Origin: Eukaryota sp. GEM-RC1
Lineage: Eukaryota
Direction: 5' to 3'
Length of the DNA: 64,000 bases
Assembly (NCBI GenBank): GCA_040285855.1
Contig: JAUFOQ010000013.1
Span: forward strand, 1,302,001 to 1,366,000
The position numbers and the translations under genes were made by a program. Positions within the stretch are counted from its first letter, which is position 1, and the number at the start of each line of letters is the position of its first letter. Of this stretch, positions 51,243-61,349 are shown piece by piece. Below the pieces are notes generated by a model, which was given only the letters and a program-made list of their open reading frames with translations, was not told the DNA's origin and did no database searches.

Positions 51243-51890
51243 TTGTATTTATGATGTAATAAATTCGAGAAATCAAAACAATGTTACTTTTTTCATTTAG
51301 TCTTATTCATGGAACGCAAATGTTCGGTACCGCAGCGATTTTAGGCGTACAGTACCATACGTGTGCACGTACGGTACATGTGCCGGTACTGTTCTTTGAC
51401 CGACTGAAATAAATTATTACTATTTTGAACATGGTGATCCAATGTGAGATTTTAACAGTTACCATCGTCATAAATTCTACCGTTAATCATTGCTCAGGAT
51501 ATCAAAATCGTGATTGTCACACTTATTCAAATTTAGGATACAGTGTACATCATTTGCGGATTCCGAGATTTTTAGTTTCAACAGGTTTACTACAAGCCAA
51601 ACATAAATCCAATGTTCAATAGGACATAGTTTTGAATTATATATATTATTATTATTTTTATAGATCGATAGGGTGCCAATAATTTTATAAACAAAAACTC
51701 AAGCAGCAGATCAACTGTTATCTTACAACTGTAGCATCAATCCGTTCAAATGTCACTATCTAAGGTAATCAGGACTGTCATCAATATTGGACTAGTCATG
51801 TATGATAAAACAACTCAATCAAAATCAGCATTATGTCAGCAATAGCATACTAGTAATACTAGGAGACTTATTCCAATATTTGACCAAGAC

Positions 51891-54800
51891 CTAAAAAAGA
51901 AATCCAAAAAATGAATCCAATCGTTTTAATTTTTCCAAGGCTTTTGGATGACCCAAATCCGCAGCCTTTTGATACCATTCAATAGCTTTTGGTTTGTTCT
52001 TTTGAACTCCAAATCCGTAAAGGAACAATTGACCAAGATTATTCATAGCATCAGAGTTACCTGAATCCGCTGCCTTTTGATACCAATGTACAGCCTGATC
52101 ATAGTTTTGGTCTACTCCTTTTCCATAATAGAAACAATTACCAAGACTATTCATCGCCACAGAGTCACCTGAACTGACAGCCTTTTGGTACCAGTAAACA
52201 GCTTGAACATAGTTTTGTTCCACTCCATTTCCTTTCCTGTTACAATGACCGAGCCACACCATAGCATTTACGACACCCAAATGGGCAGCCTTTTGAAACC
52301 AATATACAGCCTGACCATAGTTTTGTTCCACTCCTTTTCCTTTACAGTAGCAATTACCGAGACTATTCATCGCCGCGGGGTCACTTAAATCAGCAGCTTT
52401 TTGGAAACCAATACACAGCATTCACATAGTTTAGTTCCACTCCTTTTCCTTTACAGTAGCAATTACCGAGACTATTCATCGCAACAGAGTCACCCAAATT
52501 GGCAGCTTTTTGATACCAGTAAAAAGCTTGAACATAGTTTTGTCTCACTCCCTTTCCATTATAGTAACAAACACCGAGATTGTGGATGGCAATAGATTCT
52601 CCCAAATAAGCAGCCTTTTGGAACCAGTAAACAGCTTGATCACAGTTTTGTTCCACTCCTTTTCCATTATAGTAGGAATTGCCAAGCTTATTCATCGCCA
52701 CAGAATCACCCAAATTGGCAGCCTTTTGGTACCAGCGAAAAGCTTGAACATAGTTTTGTTCCACTCCTTTTCCATCATAGTAAGAAACACCGAGATTGCG
52801 CATGGCAATAGATTCACCCAAATCGGCAGCCTTTTGGAACCAGTAAACAGCTTGATCATAGTTTTGTTCCACTCCTGTTCCATTATAGTAGGAATTGCCA
52901 AGCTTATTCATCGCCACAGAATCACCCAAATTGGCAGCCTTTTGGTACCAGCGAAAAGCTTGAACATAGTTTTGTTCCACTCCTTTTCCATCATAGTAAC
53001 AAACACCGAGATTGCGCATGGCAATAGATTCACCCAAATCGGCAGCCTTTTGGAACCAGTAAACAGCTTGATCATAGTTTTGTTCCACTCCTGTTCGATT
53101 ATCGTAAGAATTCCCGAGGTTATTCATAGCATCTGAGCTACCCAAATCGGCAGCCTTGTGGAACCAGTAAACAGCTTGAACATAGTCTTGTTCCACTCCT
53201 TTTCCATTATCGTAAGAATTCCCGAGGTTATTCATAGCATCTGAGCTACCCAAATCGGCAGCCTTTTGGAACCAGTAAACAGCTTGAACATAGTCTTGTT
53301 CCACTCCTGTTCCATTATTGTAAGAATTCCCGAGGTTATTCATAGCATCTGAGCTACCCAAATCGGCAGCTTTTTGGAACCAGTAAACAGCTTGAACATA
53401 GTCTTGTTCCACACCTTTTCCATTAACGTAAAAATTCGCGAGGTTATTCATAGCAACTGAGCTACCCAAATCGGCAGCCTTTTGGAACCAGTAAACAGCT
53501 TGAACATAGTCTTGTTCCACTCCTTTTCCATTATCGTAAGAATTCCCGAGGTTATTCATAGCATCTGGGCTACCCAAATCGGCAGCCTTTTGGAACCAGA
53601 AAACAGCTTGACCATAGTTTTGTTCCACTCCTTTTCCATTATCGTAAGAATTCCCGAGGTTATTCATAGCATCTGAGCTACCCAAATCGGCAGCCTTTTG
53701 GAACCAGAAAACAGCTTGAACATAGTTTTGTTCCACTCCTTTTCCATTATCGTAAGAATTCCCGAGGTTATTCATAGCATCTGAGTTACCCAAATCGGCA
53801 GCCTTTTGGAACCAGTAAATAGCTTGACCACAGTCTTTTTTGACCCCCTTTCCTTTCCTGTAACAACTGCCTAGAAAGTTCATGGCATCGGGGTCACCCA
53901 AATTGGCAGCCTTTTGGAACCAGTAAACAGCTTGACCACGGTCTTTTTTGACCCCCTTTCCTTTCCTGTAACAACTGCCTAGAAAGTTCATGGCATCGGA
54001 GTCACCTAAATTGGCCACCTTTTGGTACCAGTAAACAGCTTGAGCATAGTCTTGTTCCACTCCTTCACCTCCCCTGTAACAAAGACCGAGGTTATACATG
54101 GCCAGAGAGTCGCCCAAATTGGCAGCCTTTTGAAACCAGTAAACGGCCAGATTATGGTCCTTTTGAACCTTATCTCCTTTATAATAACCAACACCCATTT
54201 TGTTCAGGGCTGAACAGTCACCAAAATCAACAAGCTTTTGGTGTGGTAAAGAACCATGAACATTGTTAACTTCAGTTTGAACATCATTTGATAAGTTTTC
54301 CAACTCCAAAGTTTCAACAACTACTTGAACTTCTTTCAGTCTTTTCAGTACATGATTAATAGACGGTCTTTTTCTTGGATTAACTGAAAGACACTTACCA
54401 ATCAATGAGGAAATTGATAGGGGAAATCCAGGAGGATAACGAAACAAAGGCTTGGTTTCTTTTGAATTAATTACCTCTGAAGTTGACATGCCTTGAAAAG
54501 CAAGTCTATCAGCAAACATTTCATAAAGTAATATTCCCAAACTGTATACATCAAAGGCAGACCCAAATACACTCTGAAAGGCTTCAGGTGGAATATATTT
54601 GGGAGAAACTTGAAGAGATGTAGAAATCGATTGAGGAGATCCAATATCAGCAAGTTTAACTCTAGAATTTACCAGAATGATATTCTCAACTTTGATGTTG
54701 TAGTGAACAATTCCTTTTGAGTGTAAATGCTTAACAGCAGTGCATATGTCAATTCCTTGAGAAAGGGTGGTGGGAGAAAGCGAAGTTGGAACTTGCAAAT

Positions 54801-55289
54801 GTCCAGAACCAAGTTCCATGACTATTCCAATGTGCTCAGGAAGTTTCGTGATACCAAAAACTGGAAGAACGTGTTGGTGGCAAATAGAAGCTATTTGAGA
54901 AACTTGTGTCATCAAGTCTTTGATGTGATCAGCTTTGTGTTTCAACTTTAGGGCAACCACAATGTTTTTCCATTCACTAACATGTACAGTAGAGCTTAGA
55001 CCTTTTCCTAATTCACATGCATCATCAAAAGTTATATGGTTCGGAGAAATTTCGAACACGTCGGTGGCAATATGTGAAACCGATTGAGCCGGCACGAGAG
55101 ATTCAGAGGCTTCACGCAAGGCAAAACAAGGGACAACATCGTAGAGATTAGTTTCAGTTCTGCATACAGGACAGTTCGATTTTTCTTTAAGCCATTCACT
55201 GATGCAGAGAGAACAAAAGAGTGACCGCACGATCCTGTTACTGCATCTTTGAAGGTGCCAATACAAATCGGACATTGAAGGGAAGACAT
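51891..55289 (-). CDS. RING finger + pseudokinase + 21 Sel1-like repeats; homopolymer frameshifts near 55217 and 52406
   Basis: MSSLQCPICIG...CGHSF(fs)CSLC...CPVC forms the RING. Kinase motifs VALK, IVHYNIKVEN (Asp->Asn) and LADIG. Then 36-aa repeats of the form AMNNLGNSYDNGKGVEQDYVQAVYWFQKAADLG. Confidence 0.9.
51950..54219 (-). repeat. Intragenic array of 21 x 108-bp Sel1 repeat units with high DNA-level identity
   Basis: Repeated gcagccttttggaaccagtaaacagcttg...atagt(t/c)ttgttccactcc. Includes a 216-bp two-unit periodicity at ~52500-53100. Confidence 0.92.
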
Positions 55290-55309
55290 TTGAATTGTTT
55301 GATGACCTA

Positions 55310-55480
55310 GATCGTTTTTACTGTTTTAAAAACAATTCCCCTAATCATTTCCAAAGCTTTATTAGCAGTGAGTTCCTTTTATGAGGACAAAGCTGTTGTA
55401 AGGTTTGATAGCGACGGGTGTTGTTTTAATGATATCAAATTTTTGTTGTTTGATCTATTACATCTATAATAAAATAAAGT
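55310..55480 (+). mobile_element. Non-LTR retrotransposon 3' end, ~20 bp upstream of the Sel1 gene start
   Basis: Translates IVFTVFKTIPLIISKALLAVSSFYEDKAVVRFDSDGCCFNDIKF (one indel). Nearly identical to 37548-37710 (reverse complement). Confidence 0.85.
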
Positions 55481-56454
55481 AAAAAAAAGACTGAGGCTTT
55501 TCATTTTGGCTCATTGTTGCATTTTCTAGTTCTACTAATACTACTAGTAGTAGGTGGTGTTCACAATTTTTCACCGGACATCCGATCGCCATTCCATAAA
55601 CTATGCCCTGAAAACTAGTATCGACACAAAGTATTGGTCAATGACAACCCGTTAAAATACTTATCCCTATCATTCAAAAGAAAACTCAAAATTTCGGTCA
55701 TAATGAAATTTACTGGTTTCATACAGCCCCACAGTGAGCTATATCGAAATTTCACTGAAGTATTGAGTGTATTGAACAACCTTATTTGGTACCCAAAAAG
55801 GCAATCATATTATAATACAAAGATGTGTATTTATACAAACAATCAAATAATACTAAGTATAAATCCAAACGATTTCATGCCTATTTGGTAAAAGATTACG
55901 CTTTTCACCATTAACCTTCACACCCAGCTGGTCAGGCGTCTCAACTAATCGAGAGAATAGAAAGGCATATTCTACCGTCTAAACTTACGCGTCTTGAATA
56001 GATCAGTTATACGAAAAGATCTTGACCATCAATCCTTTTCAAAAGGCTGGAAAATCTCACAGACAAGTCTGTAATACAACAGTAGCTACAATGTAGAGTT
56101 CCTGGAAACAATAATAAAATGAAGTGTGTCTCAGTTTTTACCAATTGTATTTGTCTATAGGCACTCGCCTAAGTATAGAGTTTGATTTAAGAATGGTCGA
56201 TGTGTAATGAGATTAATGAAAACCTTGATTGACCGAAAATTTAGTGGTGGGGACTTTGGTGCTTCTTTTGGTTAAATTCAGATATTCATCATTGACTAGG
56301 GTATTTTTAAGATTACTGATTGACATTATCTATTTTAAAGTACATTGTTGGTGATCTTGTCGAGCATCTTCTTTCGTCTATACAAAAAGGCGATCTACAG
56401 GACCCTAATACAAGCATAGTAAAGGGTGTGATATTAGTATCATTTAAAAAAATT

Positions 56455-56790
56455 TTTTATGGAATAAAACACTAAAATAAACACAAAACCTAGAACTCAA
56501 TATCATTAAAGCAACATTGATTGCCACTAAAACTCACATCAGCTTTTTCTTCAAAAAAAAATACTGAGAGCTGATAGAGCTTTTGAAATCATAATTGCAA
56601 TTGTTTTAAATATTGTAAAAACAATACGATCCAACCAAAACTTAAAATCACATTTCTTATTCATTCTTTTTTAAACAACTTTCTCAAAATCAGAGAGAAA
56701 ACAAAGAGCATCTCTTCCAAGTCGTCCATAAATTAAAAATGCAAAAGGACATAATTTGTACTCAACATGTCTAGTATGTTTGAAAGCCAA
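56455..56790 (-). mobile_element. Non-LTR retrotransposon 3' fragment
   Basis: HVEYKLCPFAFLIYGRLGRDALCFLSDFEKVV*. DNA is closely similar to 38740-39060. Confidence 0.85.
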
Positions 56791-57151
56791 AGGGAACATC
56801 TTATTTGTTTCTTTTACATTGTTCTTTATGATATTATAGTCTTTAAGGTTGCTTGTATTGTGACTGTAATGGTTCATACTATTTTTAATAAATTATCACA
56901 TCACTGATTCAATTTAGAAAAATGATATTTTGTTAAGCAGTGGTTCAATACACACCGTATTTTTACTATATATTCATGAATTTACAAGATCAAGTCCACG
57001 TTGAAACATTTTCAAGCTAGTACTAAAAAACATTCGAATTTGAACCATCAACACTTTACACATTTCAAAGCAAGAACTTATATTTGAAAACAAATAAATG
57101 ACTTTGTTTAAATCAAAACTACTCCCCGCAATCCTATAAATAAAACTAAAT

Positions 57152-58183
57152 CTATAATTCTTCTTCCTCTTCGTCTATAATCAGTTCAGCCCGTTCACGT
57201 TCCATATCAACAAAGTACTCCTCATCAAAATGATGTAGTCGTGAGTGACCATCTTCCGACCCAGTCACAAATGACCTTCCTGTTGGGGAGAATCTAATGA
57301 CGTGGACAGGTCCAAAATGACCCTTAATCTCACCAAGTGGATCCCCGTGAACAGTTTCCCAGAATTTAGCTGTAAACTTATCTGCCTCGTCAGCATTATA
57401 CGACGTTGTTACATGAGCAGCCTCCATACCACCAGCTCCAGCTACGTGATTCCTTATCGGAGAGAGAGCAGCGGTGTTTAGGGGGACTGTGGATGAAAAA
57501 ACACGTACAGCCGTTGGTTGATCGCTTGTGGCGTCCCATAGTTTAATAGAGGTATCAGAGGAAGCAGTGACAAAGTGAGTGCGGTCTACGGAGAAGTGTA
57601 TGTCGTTGATGGTCTTAGTGTGAGCGGGAACACTGTTTGTAGGTTGACCAGTTGAGACGTCAACCACTATGAGCTTACCCTTATCATCACCAGCGTAGAT
57701 GAAGCGATCCTCTGGACCCCAGGCAGCACAGACAACACGATCAGGGAAAGGACCAATGGTCTTTTGCAGTGAGCAATTGATGGGTTGATTCTCATCAAAT
57801 TCACAAGAGAAGATGTATATGAGGGCTGGTTGTTTCATGGCGTTTTCTTGAACAACTAGAAACATGTCGTTGGTTCCTGAGAACTCTACTGCTTTTAGAG
57901 GAGCAGGAAAAGCGTATTTCCAGAGTTGATCTCCAGTTTGTGTTTTCCAAATACGGATAGAAGTATCAGCAGAGCCAGTTAGAAGGAATCGAGAGTCTCT
58001 GGTACAATCAACAGTGTTGACTGCACCTTCGTGTCCATGATAGTAGCCGAGGAAGTCTCCACTTTCGGCTCTCCAAGCAACAACTTTGCCGTCTTTACCG
58101 GCTGTGAAGAAAAGATCACCATCAGCATTGTATCGCACAGAAGAAACAGGACGAGTATGTGCTTTTTGAACAAGAGGACGCAT
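57152..58183 (-). CDS. EIF3I: Eukaryotic translation initiation factor 3 subunit I (WD40)
   Basis: MRPLVQKAHTRPVSSVRYNADGDLFF...GGMEAAHVTT...KGHFGPVHVIRFSPTGRSFVTGSEDGHSRLHHFDEEYF. Confidence 0.95.
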   Translation of the reverse strand: MRPLVQKAHTRPVSSVRYNADGDLFFTAGKDGKVVAWRAESGDFLGYYHGHEGAVNTVDCTRDSRFLLTGSADTSIRIWKTQTGDQLWKYAFPAPLKAVEFSGTNDMFLVVQENAMKQPALIYIFSCEFDENQPINCSLQKTIGPFPDRVVCAAWGPEDRFIYAGDDKGKLIVVDVSTGQPTNSVPAHTKTINDIHFSVDRTHFVTASSDTSIKLWDATSDQPTAVRVFSSTVPLNTAALSPIRNHVAGAGGMEAAHVTTSYNADEADKFTAKFWETVHGDPLGEIKGHFGPVHVIRFSPTGRSFVTGSEDGHSRLHHFDEEYFVDMERERAELIIDEEEEEL

Positions 58184-59019
58184 GAGAAGTTAAGTTTTTC
58201 CTGTTTTTAGTTTTAGATTAGATAAAACCATTTCATCATCTTCATCTCCAACAAACCGTACGGTGATTTTGGTTGTTTCTTAAAGTTGTATTATAAACTG
58301 TCCCAGCAGTTGCAACAGGTATTTTGGAATGCAATGTGCACGCAGAAATTAGATTGAAATTTTGATAAAACCTCAAATGAGCCAATTCTTGAGAAAACCT
58401 TGAATCCTACATGAAGACCTTCATTGGTCACACCAACTGAATCCACTCTTATTGGAATTCGGTCAAATATTCATGTTATATATCGAAGCCAGGAAGGTTT
58501 AGCATCTATTTATGTGCTTTGACTGTCGAAAAACTTCATACAACTGCTTTAATCAACAACGTGTTCGTGACATACAAGTTAAAATCATATTCCTTCTTTT
58601 CTTCAAGTTGAACTGGTTTGTCTCTGCACTAGCATCGTCTCTGTGTTTTAAGTCAATGTCTGATATCGTGATGTTTCACCACCAGCACATATCGTACTTT
58701 GCCTGTACTGTGGTGCTCATGAATTTCACACCCTCCATCCTTTTTCAACTAAGTACTTATATGAGACTATTTTGATCGTGACCTAGATTGTCAATGTCAA
58801 TTCGTAACATGTTAGTACTACGACTTGAATCACAATCACTGATGCTAGTTAATTAAAGGACATGATCAGTATTTTAGTTCTGTGCCTTTAGTACAGTAGT
58901 TTTCCCATTGATCTATGAGTTTAGTCCACCTATCAATAACTACCAATCCTGAGGACAGATTTACAATGTATGTTGATCTTGCAGTAGTTTCATTCTAGTA
59001 TAAATCTTGTCTACATGTA

Positions 59020-61349
59020 GTTATGTTCGATTCAACATGGTGTTGGAAAATATTCAACACGTGTTGGGGTAACTCCGACCATAGCGTAGTACTATTCTGC
59101 TGCTATGTTCGGAGTCACCTCAACACGTGTTGAATGGTGTTGTCAAGAAGTCCAACACGTGTTGGATATGTCATTCTTCTATGTCACTTCAATGATTTTG
59201 GGTAAATTTCTACTGTTCTTGATAAAACTATGTTTAATAATATATATTGAATTATGTATGGTCATTCATCTTCATTAATTTTTCACGAACAGACAATTTT
59301 ATCCACTCGTGGTGTGAAACAAGATGACCCTTTGGGCCCTTTTTCTTTTCTGTTTGCCGTTGCAAAGAATTCTTCGCAAATTCTCAAGCGAATTCCCAGG
59401 ATTAAGGTTGAACTCGTATGCTGATGATACTTCTTTGGTTGGCCCTTTGGAAGTCATCAAATCGAGTTTTCCTCGTTTTGTTGAATTGTCTTCAAGTATT
59501 GGCTTGTCAATTAATTTTCAAAAATGTCTTGTCATTGGACGCTCTTCAGTTGATTTGAATTTTGGGGAATCTTCCATTCCGTTTGTCAATTATTCACATG
59601 AATGTGTCAAGTTTTTGGGCAATTAAATTGGTAATGATGACAAAATTAAGGAGACTTCATCACATAAGAATAATTGTATCTTTCAGCAGCTCAACCAAAT
59701 CGTTGATCTAGATCTAGGCAAACAAGTTTCTTTTGCTATGCTGCAAGTTTGTTTTGGTGGTAAAATTAATCACTTTTTACGTGGTTTACCGCCTGAACTA
59801 ACTCTCGAATTATCTCGTTATTTTAATTCATTGCGCACATATTTTGTTAGTTATCTGGTTGGTAACAAAGACTCTTCACTGCCTTCTCATTGTTTCACTT
59901 CTGCTTCTTTTGGTGGTACTGGTTTCACGAAAGCTAAGTACATGCGTGATGGTGCCTTTTGGGATCTTTAAACAATTTTTTGTTTGAATTTCAGAATCGT
60001 TATCCTGTGTTATGGAAAACGAAAGATTTTTTACTTCACTCACCTTGTGCATGGTTAATTAGTCTTCAAAATTTAATTGATAGTCTTGACTCCAATTTGT
60101 GGTCAGAGATATTTCCTGTTGGGGTAACAGAAATTCAGCAGAGAAGCATTTTCTCTTTGCCTTTGTGTGTTCGCAAGTTACAGAAGAAGTTTGTTGTGTT
60201 TCACGAAAGCTTGGACTTTAAAAACCGTATTAGCTTGGCTAAGACTAAGAGTCCCGCTTTTTGTGCTTGTTTGAATGATATTTCTTCAAGCTCTGCGTCT
60301 TCATTTGTTTTTCGTTTGCCAAGAAAATTTTGTTTTAATCTTAAGGATCATGAATGGCTTATAAACATGAGACTTAGGTTAGGTTTATGGCCTTCAGGTC
60401 TTTTGAAGCATTCTCCATGTCTTTGTGGTGGTTCAAAGGCTTCAAATTTTCATCATTTAGTTAACTGCCATCAATTTATTCATTTTCGATCAATAATCCA
60501 CAACAGTATCCGGGAAACATGTTTGGATATGTTTAAGGCTAATGGTTTTCATGGAAAAATTGAACCTTTACTTGCTAATCTTTCTGATCAGCCAAAAGTT
60601 GATAGAAGTCGTGGTGATTTGATTGGTCTTTGGTTATCTTGTCAGGAAATTATTATGGATTTCACGACTGTTGATCCTTGTAATTCAAGATCAATTTCCA
60701 AAATTTTTGATGATGATTTTTCTGCTCTTGAAGTGGCTGAAAAAGGAAAAAAATGCAAAGTACCTAGACTGTCACTTAATTAACCAATTGAATGTTGACA
60801 GGTACAATTCTTTTGTGTTCCAACCTTTGCGATGTCGATATACGGTAATATTGGACCAGCTGCACAAGGTTTTTTAACTTGCTTTGGTAAATTGTGTTCT
60901 GAGTATGGTAAAGTTTTCAATGGAAATTTTTGGTTGAGTAGGTTAACGTTTGCGTTGTTTCGTTCAATGCACAGATGTTTTAATTCAATTTGAGGTAAGT
61001 TGTTCGGTGATGGACAGAAGGATCATAGTTTAGATACTTTAGTTAGTGTCTGTTAGTTATTAACTTCTGCAAATGCATTTATTTCACTGACTGAGCATAA
61101 ACCCCGTTTTTTATTGAATAAAGGTAAAAAATTCAAGTTTACTCCAAAGTTTACTTTAAATGTCTGGATTATTGTTGAGCTCTTCATGTTATCAGTTCTG
61201 GAATCATTGAAAAACAGTGCCAATTTATCAACTTGGTTCAACTGTAACATGAGTGAAACACAGAAGTGTTTTTTCAGTTTGTTGATGTTAAGGTGAGTTA
61301 TTCTTTTCTGCTCAAAATATATCCAACACCGTGTTGAACCCAAAAAGCG
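59020..61349. mobile_element. MITE family X (short inverted derivative at 59020-59088 plus a full copy at ~59100-61349) split by a retrotransposon insertion
   Basis: 59121-59240 and 61112-61345 join to match the continuous copy at 26510-26845. Confidence 0.8.
59241..61111 (+). mobile_element. 5'-truncated, degenerate RLE-type (CRE-like) non-LTR retrotransposon: RT C-terminal half + CCHC knuckle + restriction-like endonuclease
   Basis: RT motifs RGVKQDDPLGPF, SYADD and VKFLG. Then MRLRLG, CLCGG...HHLVNC, HNSIR, RGDL, IMDFTTVDP and AEK. Contains stops and frameshifts. Probable TSD tgtttaataa (59231) and tattgaataa (61112). Confidence 0.9.

Noticed and set aside
52185..54213. Repetitive plus-strand ORFs (MVPVNSLNIVLFHSF...)
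   Set aside because: They are antisense shadows of the Sel1 repeat array.
61053..61349. C-terminal ~100 aa of the 308-aa ORF as part of the polymerase-like protein
   Set aside because: This segment is read-through into MITE X and the retroelement 3' UTR. The first ~14 aa likewise derive from the TIR element.
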